From contig JALHDC010000002.1 in assembly GCA_022840695.1 (NCBI GenBank), positions 91,374 to 155,373 of the forward strand: a stretch of 64,000 nt of DNA, in the 5' to 3' direction. The position numbers and the translations under genes are program-made. Numbering within the stretch: position 1 is the first letter of the stretch; each line of letters opens with the position of its first letter. This DNA is from a bacterium (lineage in GTDB: Bacteria > Patescibacteriota > Dojkabacteria > SC72). The notes under the pieces are model-generated. The model worked only from the letters and a program-made list of their open reading frames with translations. It had not been told where the DNA came from and searched no databases. Shown here piece by piece: positions 19,782-30,127 of this stretch.

Positions 19782-20236
19782 AAATACATGTAGTTCTAGA
19801 CAATATTAGATCTGTTTTCAATGTAGGCAGTATATTTAGATCTGCAGATGGAGCGGGGAGTGTAGAGAAGATATATCTTTGTGGAATAACAAGTGATATA
19901 GATAATCCTAAGTTAGAGAAAACTGCTCTTGGAGCAATAGATATGGTTAAATCGGAACATTATGATACAACTTTAGAGGCTTTAGATGAGTTGAAAGAGA
20001 GGAATATTCCAATATATTCTGTTGAGTTAACAGATGATGCTGAGAACTTTCAATCTATAGAGTATCCCAATGAATTGGCTTTAGTTTTTGGACATGAAAA
20101 GAATGGTATATCAGAGGATATTCTTAAATACACAGATAAAAGAATTATGATGCCAATGAGAGGATTAAAAGAATCTCTTAATGTAGCAAATTGTGCAACA
20201 GCCATACTGTATGAGATTACAAGAGAAAAGAGATAG
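19778..20236 (+). CDS. trmL: SpoU/TrmH-family tRNA (cytidine/uridine-2'-O)-methyltransferase, TrmL-like
   Basis: 152 aa SPOUT fold. Translationally coupled to recG. Confidence 0.7.
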   Translation: MKIHVVLDNIRSVFNVGSIFRSADGAGSVEKIYLCGITSDIDNPKLEKTALGAIDMVKSEHYDTTLEALDELKERNIPIYSVELTDDAENFQSIEYPNELALVFGHEKNGISEDILKYTDKRIMMPMRGLKESLNVANCATAILYEITREKR

Positions 20237-20258
20237 ATTTTGATACAATGTATTAGTT

Positions 20259-22745
20259 ATGAAAATTACTTCAAAGACGATAGCAATAATATCTTCCATA
20301 GTAGTGGCAGGAAGTGCTGGAGGAATGTACTACTTATCCAATCAAGATGAGCCCGAAGTATTAGCGTGGGTAGATACTAGCTGGACTTTTAGAAGATCCG
20401 TTGATGTTGCAAATAGCAGTGGAGATACATTAACAAATGAGGATGTATTAATAACTCTTGATACAGCGAGTCTGGTATCTGCTAACAAACTACAATCAGA
20501 TTGTGACGATCTAAGGCTTGTAGACACAGATGATGCTACATATCTATCATTTTGGTTAGAAAATGAATGCAATGTTTCAGAGACTAGAATATGGGTACAA
20601 GTTCCGAGCTTACCTGATGGTGGTAAAAGTATATATGTTTATTACGGTAATGATAGTGCAGTAAATACTGAAGAGAGTTGGAGTGGCAATTTTATTTCAT
20701 TAAATGATGATACCTGTCCAACCGGATGGAGCTATTACTCTACTTTAGATCAGAAATTTCCATTAATCTCTGCAACAGCAGGAACAACAGGAGGGGCAGA
20801 TTCACATACTCACGGGAATTATTCTAGAACTACTGGAGGAAGTGGAGGAAGTGGCATATATTGGAGGTCAGGAACAACTGCATACCTCTCTTCTACGCAT
20901 GCACATTCATACACTATAGTAACTAATAGCTCATCTGTTTTGCCCCCATATCTTGATATACCATTTTGTGCAAGCGAAAATTTTAATCCTAACACGGGAA
21001 TGATTACACTGTTTCTTAATACTGTTCCCACAGGATGGACAAGATTTTCTGCGCTTGATTCGAAATTTCCAAGATCAAATGAGACATATGGAGGAACTGG
21101 TGGAGCATCCACACACAAGCACACATTTAATTCAGGAACTACTGGATCTGCTGGACCTAGTCCGAAAGGAAGCGGAAGCTACTATCAAGCAGGAAAGAGT
21201 ACACATACGCACACATGGAGTGGAGGGGACCTTTCCACAAACAACAATATTCCACCATATAAAGCAGTCGTCTGGGGAGAATCCAATGATGCAACTCTTC
21301 TCGATGGTATCCTAATGCTTGCAACAGCTGTTCCACCACTCGGTTGGACGCAAAACAACTCTGTTGATGAATATTTCCCATATGGTTCTGCCTCCTACGG
21401 TACTACAGGTGGTGCATCCACACATACACATACAGTACCAAGCGGATCTACTAACACTGTTGGAGGGTCCGGATCAGTAGGTTCAGGAACCGGCTTGCTT
21501 TGTGGACCTTCACATTCTCATAACTTAGGAAGCTTCACTACTAACTCACAAAGTAACTACCCACCATACATTTCATTTAATTTAGTTGAAAGAAAAACTT
21601 CCGTCGCTATAACAGTACAAACAGAGGAAACAAGTAATACTACAACGAATCCTCCTTCCTCTTTGCTCACAGAAGGAGAAACTAACCCTACACTGGTTGT
21701 AGATACAACTCCTGAATTTTCTGCCGTTTTCAGTGACCCAGACGCCGAAGATACTGGCAACTTCTACAGAATACAGGTAAATACAAACCAAAGCTTCAAT
21801 GGAACTGAAATGTGGGATTCAACAAAAACCGCACTTGACCCTGTATTAACAAATGGAGCTAGATCTCCAGATATTTCATATGCAGGTACAACACTAGCAT
21901 GGGGCACAACATACTACTGGAGAATGAAGTTTTGGGACAACAATGAATTTGCATCAGAAAGTCCTTGGTCAGCTACTGCAAATTTTACGATGAATCATCA
22001 AGCAAATGCTCCTACATCTCTTCTTACAGAAGGATCTACAAATCCTTTAAAAACATCTCTAACTCCGTATTTCTCGGCAATCTTCGAAGATGGTGATGCA
22101 ACAGATACTGGAACTCACTACCAAATTTTAGTAAATACTGCATATGATTTTACAGGAACAACTATGTGGGATAGTACAAAAACTCAATTTGGATCACCCA
22201 TAACAAATGGATCAAGATCTTCAAATATTACATATGCAGGAACAACTTTAGAAGAAGGTACGGCATATTATTGGAAGATAAGATTCTGGGACGAGAATGA
22301 TTTAGAAAGTGTATATTCAGGAGTGGCAAATTTTTTGACTGAATCTGGCCCATCTGCACCATCCGGATTACTTTTTGATGGCAGACCAAACCCAACATAT
22401 CTGCTCTCTACAACTCCACCATTTTCAGCGATATATTCTGATATTAATGGAGATAGTGCATCTGCATACCAAATTAATGTAAACAGTAACAATCTATTTA
22501 CAGGAACAGTAATATGGGATTCAGGAAAGCAGTCTATAACTGTTGCAAATGGAGCAAGGTCATCAGATATAACATATGATGGAACAGAATTAATAAACAG
22601 TAAGAATATATATTACTGGAGAATTAGATTCTGGGACAGCGACGATATGGTCGGGGAATGGTCCTCTACATCATACTTCACAGATTCCACAGTACCTCAA
22701 TTTATAATGGAAGGACTCTCTCTTCAAGGAATAAAGATAGATTAG
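20259..22745 (+). CDS. large secreted/membrane-anchored repeat protein: DUF2341-like N-domain, 3 phage-tail-collar (MdpB)-like repeats, 3 FN3-like repeats
   Basis: 828 aa. N-terminal anchor. WVQVP...IYVYYGN is DUF2341-like. Three repeats carry PTGW...TGGASTHTHT...N.PPY. Three ~115-aa repeats carry WDS.K and YYW[RK][IM][RK]FWD. Confidence 0.75.
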   Translation: MKITSKTIAIISSIVVAGSAGGMYYLSNQDEPEVLAWVDTSWTFRRSVDVANSSGDTLTNEDVLITLDTASLVSANKLQSDCDDLRLVDTDDATYLSFWLENECNVSETRIWVQVPSLPDGGKSIYVYYGNDSAVNTEESWSGNFISLNDDTCPTGWSYYSTLDQKFPLISATAGTTGGADSHTHGNYSRTTGGSGGSGIYWRSGTTAYLSSTHAHSYTIVTNSSSVLPPYLDIPFCASENFNPNTGMITLFLNTVPTGWTRFSALDSKFPRSNETYGGTGGASTHKHTFNSGTTGSAGPSPKGSGSYYQAGKSTHTHTWSGGDLSTNNNIPPYKAVVWGESNDATLLDGILMLATAVPPLGWTQNNSVDEYFPYGSASYGTTGGASTHTHTVPSGSTNTVGGSGSVGSGTGLLCGPSHSHNLGSFTTNSQSNYPPYISFNLVERKTSVAITVQTEETSNTTTNPPSSLLTEGETNPTLVVDTTPEFSAVFSDPDAEDTGNFYRIQVNTNQSFNGTEMWDSTKTALDPVLTNGARSPDISYAGTTLAWGTTYYWRMKFWDNNEFASESPWSATANFTMNHQANAPTSLLTEGSTNPLKTSLTPYFSAIFEDGDATDTGTHYQILVNTAYDFTGTTMWDSTKTQFGSPITNGSRSSNITYAGTTLEEGTAYYWKIRFWDENDLESVYSGVANFLTESGPSAPSGLLFDGRPNPTYLLSTTPPFSAIYSDINGDSASAYQINVNSNNLFTGTVIWDSGKQSITVANGARSSDITYDGTELINSKNIYYWRIRFWDSDDMVGEWSSTSYFTDSTVPQFIMEGLSLQGIKID

Positions 22746-22761
22746 TGTATAATACATACCT

Positions 22762-23499
22762 ATGAGTTTAAAATTCGATTCATTTAAAAAATTAAGAAAA
22801 GAGAAAAAGAAGTGGAAAGTAGAGACTCCAGAGGAATTTGAGAAGATGGAGGACACTCTTTTGAAGGAGCGATTACTACACAAAGATCCAACTATAACTA
22901 CATTTGTTAGAATAACTGCCGGAAAAGCAAAAAACTTCAAACTTGAAATACCTAAAACTACTAGACCTCTAACAGATAGAATGAAAGTAAAAGTATTCGA
23001 TATCTTAAGAGAAGATATAGTAAAGAAAGATATCCTAGATCTATATGCTGGAGCTGGATCTTTCGGATTAGAAGCACTCTCTAGAGGTGCAAGACATGCT
23101 ACATTTGTTGAAGCATCTAAACATGCAGATTTAATCATAAAAAGAAATGTCTCTAAAACAGGGTTTCTTCTTGAATCTGAAGTGATCAGATCAAAGGTAG
23201 AAGATTATCTATACAAACAAATAAATAGTGAGGAAAAACCCGTTTTTGACATTATATTTCTAGATCCTCCATACAAACTTTTTAATACAAAGAAAACTTT
23301 TAAAATGGAATCTGTTATAAATATGGCTTCCCAACTACTTCCTGGTGTTCAAAATCCAAATGGAAAAAGATTCAAGGGAGCATTGATACTTAAGCATCCC
23401 AAGAGATATCCATTAGAAAACATTACATTAGACAACATTAAGTTACTTGATTCTGTAAGTTTTGGTATTAATACAATATCATTCTTCATTGCAAAATAA
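22762..23499 (+). CDS. rsmD: 16S rRNA (guanine966-N2)-methyltransferase RsmD-like (true start may lie at an internal Met, giving a Lys-rich N-extension)
   Basis: Motifs DLYAGAGSFGLEALSRGA and FLDPPY. Confidence 0.7.
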   Translation: MSLKFDSFKKLRKEKKKWKVETPEEFEKMEDTLLKERLLHKDPTITTFVRITAGKAKNFKLEIPKTTRPLTDRMKVKVFDILREDIVKKDILDLYAGAGSFGLEALSRGARHATFVEASKHADLIIKRNVSKTGFLLESEVIRSKVEDYLYKQINSEEKPVFDIIFLDPPYKLFNTKKTFKMESVINMASQLLPGVQNPNGKRFKGALILKHPKRYPLENITLDNIKLLDSVSFGINTISFFIAK

Positions 23500-23641
23500 G
23501 GAAAGAAAATATAAAATAGGAAAGATGTATAAACAATACGGTATAAACAAGATAAAAATCAGTAAAATTGTTTTCACAACACACACATTTTAATGATGTT
23601 GTTTTTTCTTTCACCAAAATAACTTTTTAAATTGATATATT

Positions 23642-25417
23642 ATGGATTCTGAAAAACTATTAAAACTTGAAGCTATGAGACACTCAGCTTCACATATTCT
23701 TGCCCAAGCTATTCTTAAGCTATACCCAGATACTAAATTAGGCATAGGACCAGCAATAGAGAATGGTTTCTACTATGATTTTGATTTTGCTGAACCTATA
23801 GAGGAAGAAGATCTCCCTGCTATCGAAAAAGAAATGAAGAAGATAATAAACCAGGAATTGGACTTCAATCAAATTATGATGACAAAAGAGGAAGCAGTTG
23901 AATATTTAAAGAAAACAGATCAGGTATATAAACTAGAGCTATTAGACGAATTAGAAGGTGATACTTTTAGTTTCTATGTAACAGGAGATAATGAATTTGC
24001 AGATCTTTGTAGAGGGCCTCATGTAGAAAATACTAAAGATATAGGAGCTATAAAATTAACGAAAACAGCAGGAGCATACTGGAGAGGAGATGAAACTAAA
24101 AAAATGCTTACAAGAATATATGGAACATCATTTGAAACAAAAGAGGAGTTAAATAAATATTTAAATGATCAGAAAGAATTAGAAAATAGAAATCATCGTA
24201 AATTAGGAAAGCAGTTAGATCTATTTGCAATAATACCAGAAATTGGACAGGGATTACCTGTATGGCTTCCAAGAGGATATACAATTAGAAGAATACTTGA
24301 GGAGTATATGTTAGATTTAGAAAGAAGCTATGGATATCAGCATATTTTGACTCCACATATTAATAAAGAAATACTATTCCAAACTTCAGGACATTTAGGA
24401 TTCTACAAAGAATCTATGTATGCACCAATACAGATAGAGGATGAGACATACTATCTTAAACCTATGAATTGTCCAGCTGGCTTTATGGTTTACAAATTAT
24501 CACCAAAGAGCTACAGAGACCTACCATACAAATTAGGAGAGTTTGGTACTGTATATAGATATGAGAAATCTGGAGAGTTACACGGACTACAAAGAGTACG
24601 AGGATTTACACAAAATGATGCCCATCTCTTCTGTACTGAGGAACAATTAAAAGGAATCATTAACGAAACATTAGACCTTCTCTTAATATTCTACAAAGAT
24701 GTAGGATTTGATAATTATAAATTTAGACTCTCAACATCAGATAGAGGGAAAAATCCTGAGAAGTATTCTGGAGACCCTGAAAAGTGGGGTATTGCAGAAA
24801 ACACCTTAAAGGAAGTTTTAGTAGAGAGAGGTTTAGAGTTTGAAGAGATGCCTGGAGATGCTGCATTCTACGGTCCTAAGATAGATGTACAGGCTGTTAA
24901 TGTATTTGGTAAGGAAGATTCCATCTCTACAATTCAATTAGATTTTAACATGCCAAAGAGATTTGAAATTAAATATATAGATGCTGATGGAAGTGAAAAA
25001 CAACCATTTGTAATACATAGGGCATTAATAGGATCATTTGAGAGATTTTTCTCTTTCCTCATAGAACACCATGGTGGAGATTTCCCATTATGGTTTACAC
25101 CTGAACAGGTTTACATAATTCCAATATCAGAGAAGCATAAGGAGTATGCGAAGAGTGTATTCGAGGAGCTAAAAGAAGCAAAAATCAGAGTACATTTGGA
25201 TGATAGGGATAAGAGCATGCAGTCAAGAATAAGAGATGCAGAAAAGATGAAGATTCCATATGTAGTTGTCGTAGGAGATAAAGAAATTGAGACAGAGACT
25301 ATATCTGTCAGAGCAAGGAGAAACAAAGAAGAAGGTCTTATGAAAATTCAGGAATTCATAGACAATCTAAAAGAAGAAATAAGAAATAAAGAATCTTTCA
25401 GGGATTCAAGTAAATAA
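23642..25417 (+). CDS. thrS: threonine--tRNA ligase (lacks N-terminal TGS domain)
   Basis: 591 aa class II aaRS. Editing-like and catalytic domains, C-terminal anticodon-binding domain. Confidence 0.85.
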   Translation: MDSEKLLKLEAMRHSASHILAQAILKLYPDTKLGIGPAIENGFYYDFDFAEPIEEEDLPAIEKEMKKIINQELDFNQIMMTKEEAVEYLKKTDQVYKLELLDELEGDTFSFYVTGDNEFADLCRGPHVENTKDIGAIKLTKTAGAYWRGDETKKMLTRIYGTSFETKEELNKYLNDQKELENRNHRKLGKQLDLFAIIPEIGQGLPVWLPRGYTIRRILEEYMLDLERSYGYQHILTPHINKEILFQTSGHLGFYKESMYAPIQIEDETYYLKPMNCPAGFMVYKLSPKSYRDLPYKLGEFGTVYRYEKSGELHGLQRVRGFTQNDAHLFCTEEQLKGIINETLDLLLIFYKDVGFDNYKFRLSTSDRGKNPEKYSGDPEKWGIAENTLKEVLVERGLEFEEMPGDAAFYGPKIDVQAVNVFGKEDSISTIQLDFNMPKRFEIKYIDADGSEKQPFVIHRALIGSFERFFSFLIEHHGGDFPLWFTPEQVYIIPISEKHKEYAKSVFEELKEAKIRVHLDDRDKSMQSRIRDAEKMKIPYVVVVGDKEIETETISVRARRNKEEGLMKIQEFIDNLKEEIRNKESFRDSSK

Positions 25418-25440
25418 ATTTAATACAAATTAAATAATAA

Positions 25441-25965
25441 ATGAGTTCTAATAATAAAGGTCCGCGAACTAATGAATATATTAGAGCACAAGAGGTTCAG
25501 TTGATTGATCATAAGGGAGAGAATTTGGGAATAGTTGATACAAATAAAGCCCTGCTATTGGCAAAAGAGGCAGAATTAGACTTAGTAGAGGTAGGACCTA
25601 ATGTCACTCCTCCAGTTTGCAAAATAATGGACTTTTCTAAATATCTATACATGTTAAATAAAAAAAGTAGAATAAATAAGAAAGGAAAAGCGAAGGAAAT
25701 AAAAGAGTTTCGGTTTTCCCCTGTGATAGAGCAGGGAGATATAGATCATAGAGTAAAAAGATCTAAAGAATATTTAGATAAAGGTCATCCTGTAAGAATA
25801 GTTATGCAGAAAAGAGGAAGGCAATCTATGGATCAAGCTAAAGCCGTTTTTGCTGAAATATTGACTAATTTTACCGATTATAGTAGTATCGAAGCCGAAC
25901 CTAAATATGAAGGTAATAGAATTTCAATAACCTTTAAATCAGATGGCAAGACAGAAGACAAATAA
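25441..25965 (+). CDS. infC: translation initiation factor IF-3
   Basis: 174 aa. NEYIRAQEVQLID N-terminus. thrS-infC-rpmI-rplT synteny. Confidence 0.85.
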   Translation: MSSNNKGPRTNEYIRAQEVQLIDHKGENLGIVDTNKALLLAKEAELDLVEVGPNVTPPVCKIMDFSKYLYMLNKKSRINKKGKAKEIKEFRFSPVIEQGDIDHRVKRSKEYLDKGHPVRIVMQKRGRQSMDQAKAVFAEILTNFTDYSSIEAEPKYEGNRISITFKSDGKTEDK

Positions 25966-26155
25966 AACTGCAAAGAAAAGAATACATGTATCTAATCCTA
26001 AGGGAAATAGGACCCCTAAACTTAGATATAAACAGAGTCACCAAGGTCATCTTAGAACTAATAAATCAAATAGATCCAAGAGAAGACAGAAAGATAATGC
26101 ATTACTAGATAAAAGTAATAAAAAACCATTAGTTAGAAAAGTAGTTAACCTGTAA
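25943..26155 (+). CDS. rpmI: 50S ribosomal protein L35
   Basis: 70 aa, highly basic. Synteny between infC and rplT. Confidence 0.75.
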   Translation: MARQKTNKTAKKRIHVSNPKGNRTPKLRYKQSHQGHLRTNKSNRSKRRQKDNALLDKSNKKPLVRKVVNL

Positions 26156-26167
26156 TAAGAATTCGAA

Positions 26168-26506
26168 ATGAGAGTAAAAGGTGGAACAGTAAGAAGAAGA
26201 AAACATAATAAGATACTTAAGAGTACCAAAGGTTATAGATTAACCAAGAGTAAGCTTTATAAAGTAGCACATGAGGCATATCTTCATGCAGGTCAATATT
26301 CTTACAATCACAGACAGAGAAGGGGTAGTGAAATTAGAAGAGTTTGGATAACTAAGATAAATGCTGCATGCAAGCAGAATAATACCCAGTACAAAGATTT
26401 AATAAACAAGTTAAAAACAAATAATATAGAGTTAAATAGAATGGTGTTGGCTGATTTAGCAGTAAATAATCCTGAAGTTTTCACCTTTATAGTAAAATCT
26501 CTTTAG
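26168..26506 (+). CDS. rplT: 50S ribosomal protein L20
   Basis: 112 aa. N-terminus MRVKGGTVRRRKHNKILK. Confidence 0.9.
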   Translation: MRVKGGTVRRRKHNKILKSTKGYRLTKSKLYKVAHEAYLHAGQYSYNHRQRRGSEIRRVWITKINAACKQNNTQYKDLINKLKTNNIELNRMVLADLAVNNPEVFTFIVKSL

Positions 26507-26530
26507 AGTCCTAATAAAGATATTTTTGAA

Positions 26531-26553
26531 AGGACTCATTGAGTCCTTTTTTG
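26531..26553 (+). terminator. intrinsic terminator after rplT (AGGACTC-ATT-GAGTCCT then TTTTTT)
   Basis: Perfect 7-bp stem plus T-run seen directly. Confidence 0.7.
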
Positions 26554-26601
26554 TTTAACTATTTATGTAGTATACTAGAAGAGTAATTAAAACAAGATAT
26601 T

Positions 26602-27639
26602 ATGGAATACAGTATTAAAGAAATAGAAGAGTTAGTTAAGACAATAGAAGAAGATAAAAAAGAACTGGATTATGAATCCTTTAGAAAAAAACATACTGGA
26701 AATAATGGAATCCTTACACAATACCTAAAAAAAATAATAGATATTCCAAATGATCAGAAGGCAGTATATGGTAAAGAAATAAATAGTGTTAAAGAGGATG
26801 TATTAAATATATTAGAAGAGAAAAAGAAATTAGAAAATACATACTATTCAAGTAAAAAGATTGATCCTACAGCTCCATTTGATATTAATTCAAACAAAGA
26901 TGAGCTTCAAAAATTTTTCACACTTGAAGGTAGTAAGCATCCTTTAACTAAGGAGGTTGAAATACTAGTAGATATATTCAGTAGCATGGGTTTTGATGTA
27001 TTAGAAAGTAGACAAATAGATGATGACTATCATATGTTCCAATCTTTGAACTTTCCAAAAGGACATCCTGCAAGAGATATGTATGACACATTTTGGACAG
27101 AGGATGGTTTAATACTACCTGCTCATACCTCAACTATGCAAAATAGGGCTTTGAAGAGCTTTGGACCTCCTCCAATAGCCGTTGTATTACCTGGAAGATG
27201 TTTTAGGAATGAAGCTACAGATGCAGGCCATGAACATACATTTCATCAAATAGAGGGAGTATATGTAGATAAAAATATTTCTTTAGGAAATATGATAGCT
27301 ACAATTAAAACATATCTAGAGAAATATCTTAATGCAGAATTAGAAGTTAGGATTCAACCGGCATATTTCCCATTTACCGAACCGGATTGTGAATTCGTCA
27401 TAAGTTGTCCTTTCTGCAATAAAGCTGGTTGCTCAACATGCGGTCATTCTGGATGGATAGAAATTATGGGTTGTGGAATGATACATCCTAATGTCCTGAA
27501 AGAAGCTGATATTGATCCTGATATATATACAGGTTTTGCTTGGGGATTTGGTGTAGATAGATTAACAATGATTAAATTAGGTATTAACGACATACGATAT
27601 CTAAGGAGCGGAAATCTTAATTTCTTAAGACAATTTTAA
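26602..27639 (+). CDS. pheS: phenylalanine--tRNA ligase alpha subunit
   Basis: 345 aa class II catalytic core. Confidence 0.9.
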   Translation: MEYSIKEIEELVKTIEEDKKELDYESFRKKHTGNNGILTQYLKKIIDIPNDQKAVYGKEINSVKEDVLNILEEKKKLENTYYSSKKIDPTAPFDINSNKDELQKFFTLEGSKHPLTKEVEILVDIFSSMGFDVLESRQIDDDYHMFQSLNFPKGHPARDMYDTFWTEDGLILPAHTSTMQNRALKSFGPPPIAVVLPGRCFRNEATDAGHEHTFHQIEGVYVDKNISLGNMIATIKTYLEKYLNAELEVRIQPAYFPFTEPDCEFVISCPFCNKAGCSTCGHSGWIEIMGCGMIHPNVLKEADIDPDIYTGFAWGFGVDRLTMIKLGINDIRYLRSGNLNFLRQF

Positions 27640-27640
27640 A

Positions 27641-30127
27641 ATGAGAGTATCAGTCAACCTGCTAAAACAATTTCTAGATATAGAGACGAATGAAAATGAG
27701 ATAGTTCAATTAATTAAGGAACATATAGGAGAGGTAGAGTATCATCATAATTTAGAAGATGATTACAAAGATATAGTAATAGCTGAAATTAAACAGAAAG
27801 AGGATCATCCTGATTCAGACAAATTAGGGATATATCAAATAGATTATGGAACGGGTGAAAATATTCAGGTAGTTGCAGGAGATAGGGCATTAGAAGTGGG
27901 TGATAAGGTAGCATATATAAAGGTAGGTGCTGTAGTACCATATTCCATATACTCTGAGCCTGAACCATTTGTAATAAAAAGCATAAAACTCAGAGGAGTT
28001 GAATCAAATGGAATGTTAGGATCTGCAAAAGAATTAAACATTGGGAATGATCATGAAAGAGTAATGGTATTACCTAATGATGCACCAGTAGGGACAGAGT
28101 TTGCCCAATATTATGAGCTTAATGATACTGTAATAGAGATAGAGAATAAGGCTTTAACAAATAGAGGAGATCTCTTTGGAGTTTTAGGTGTAGCAAGAGA
28201 ACTGAGTGCAATAATGGGAAAAGCTTTCATTACTCCAAATTGGTACACATCTCCATCGGTAGAAATAGGGCAAGAGGATAATTGTCTTAAGATAAAGATT
28301 GAAAACGATGCAGAATCTCTCTGTCCTAGATATACCGCCATAGCTTTAGACAATATTGAAATAAAAGAATCTCCTGTTTGGTTAAAATCTTCATTAATTA
28401 AATGTGGTATAAAACCAATAAATAATATTGTAGATATTACAAATTACATATCAATACTGATAGGGCAACCTTTACATGCATTTGATTATGACAAATTAGT
28501 ATCAAACGATCCAAACTACACTGATACTGCATATATAAATATTAGAATGGCTAAATATGGAGAAAAGATATTAGGGTTAGATGAGAAGATATATGAATTA
28601 AATGAAAATATCATGGTGATTGCAGATAGCAATCATCCAATAGCAATTGCAGGTATTATAGGGGGACATGATACGGAGGTAGATGATAGTACAAAGAGAA
28701 TAATTTTGGAATCGGCTAATTTTGACAAATCAAGTATAAGAAGAACAAGCATGCAACTTGGGATATTTACAGATGCAGCTACTCATTTTAAACATGCACT
28801 TGATACTCAACAGTGTATTCCAGCACTACTCAAAGCAGTTGAGTTGATCCAAAAGATATCAGATTCAAAGGTAGCATCAAACATTGTAGATATACAATAC
28901 CTAGAATATAAAGAGAAGGGGATTCAAATGTCGATTAATAATATGAATACCGTTTTAGGTACAAACATTTCCAAAGAAGAGGTTACAAATATTTTAAAAA
29001 ATTTGGAATATACTGTCACAGAACAAGAAGATTTACTAAATATCACGGTTCCAAGTTGGAGAAGAGATATAGATATCAAAGAGGATTTATACGAAGATAT
29101 AGGAAGGATATATGGTTTTCATAATGTAGATATTAAACTTCCACAGAAAGAAATTAAGCCTCCTAGAGAGAATAAACTTTTTTCAACCAAGAAAATTGTT
29201 AGAGAGGTCTTGAGTAATCATGGCGCAAATGAGATATTAACTTACAGCTTTACTGACCCTGAGTTGTTCAACATTAGTAATTTAGATGCAAATCTAGCAT
29301 ATAGATTAAAGAATCCACTTTCAAAAGAATTATCCACTATGAGAACATCTTTGCTTCTTTCTATACTTCCAAAGGTAAAAGAGAATCTAGAAAGGGGTAT
29401 AGATAAGTTTGCACTTTTCGAGATGAATATTGCACATATTAACAAATATGTCACAGAGGATAATCTTCCTGTTGAGAATTGGTATCTTTCATTACTACTT
29501 ACAGATAGAAAGAGTGATGGTAAAGGCTCCCCTTATTATGCTACAAAGATATACCTTGAAGAACTATTTAGAAAGCTTAATATATTAAATATTGAATACT
29601 CTTTAATAGCAGACCATCAAGAACAGGGTCTTCCAGAATATATCAGTAATGTTTTACCTATGTTTGATCCTAATACATCAGCCATTATTTCTGTTCAAGG
29701 AGAGATTCTTGGTGTAGTAGGAGAATTGAGATATGAAGTTAGAAATAATTTTAAATTGCCTGAATATACATCAGCTTTCGAATTAAATATTAACAAATTA
29801 ATAGAAATCCCAAGTAACTATAAGAAATATAGGGAACAACCAATATATCCTACATTTACTCAAGATCTATGTTTCGAAATGGATGATAATGTAAATTATG
29901 GTGACATAGAGAGTGTGATTTCTACAATAATCAATAAAGATGATTTATGGGGGAAGGTTGAATGTCTTGATATTTATAAATCTGATGATGAATTAGATAA
30001 GAAAAGAATTACTTATAGAATAGTTGTTAGTAACTATAAAAAAACATTAGCAGATAAGGATATAAAGGAGATAGTTTCTAAGATAGAAAAAAAGATAAAA
30101 GTCTCTTACTCTGCAGATATTATTTAA
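27641..30127 (+). CDS. pheT: phenylalanine--tRNA ligase beta subunit
   Basis: 828 aa. tRNA-binding, B3/B4, B5 and FDX-ACB-like regions. Immediately after pheS. Confidence 0.9.
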   Translation: MRVSVNLLKQFLDIETNENEIVQLIKEHIGEVEYHHNLEDDYKDIVIAEIKQKEDHPDSDKLGIYQIDYGTGENIQVVAGDRALEVGDKVAYIKVGAVVPYSIYSEPEPFVIKSIKLRGVESNGMLGSAKELNIGNDHERVMVLPNDAPVGTEFAQYYELNDTVIEIENKALTNRGDLFGVLGVARELSAIMGKAFITPNWYTSPSVEIGQEDNCLKIKIENDAESLCPRYTAIALDNIEIKESPVWLKSSLIKCGIKPINNIVDITNYISILIGQPLHAFDYDKLVSNDPNYTDTAYINIRMAKYGEKILGLDEKIYELNENIMVIADSNHPIAIAGIIGGHDTEVDDSTKRIILESANFDKSSIRRTSMQLGIFTDAATHFKHALDTQQCIPALLKAVELIQKISDSKVASNIVDIQYLEYKEKGIQMSINNMNTVLGTNISKEEVTNILKNLEYTVTEQEDLLNITVPSWRRDIDIKEDLYEDIGRIYGFHNVDIKLPQKEIKPPRENKLFSTKKIVREVLSNHGANEILTYSFTDPELFNISNLDANLAYRLKNPLSKELSTMRTSLLLSILPKVKENLERGIDKFALFEMNIAHINKYVTEDNLPVENWYLSLLLTDRKSDGKGSPYYATKIYLEELFRKLNILNIEYSLIADHQEQGLPEYISNVLPMFDPNTSAIISVQGEILGVVGELRYEVRNNFKLPEYTSAFELNINKLIEIPSNYKKYREQPIYPTFTQDLCFEMDDNVNYGDIESVISTIINKDDLWGKVECLDIYKSDDELDKKRITYRIVVSNYKKTLADKDIKEIVSKIEKKIKVSYSADII

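Noticed and set aside
21600-22700. Tandem repeats at DNA level that might suggest a CRISPR array
   Set aside because: The repeats are ~345-bp coding repeats inside one continuous ORF with diverged sequence. There are no short identical direct repeats with unique spacers and no cas genes.
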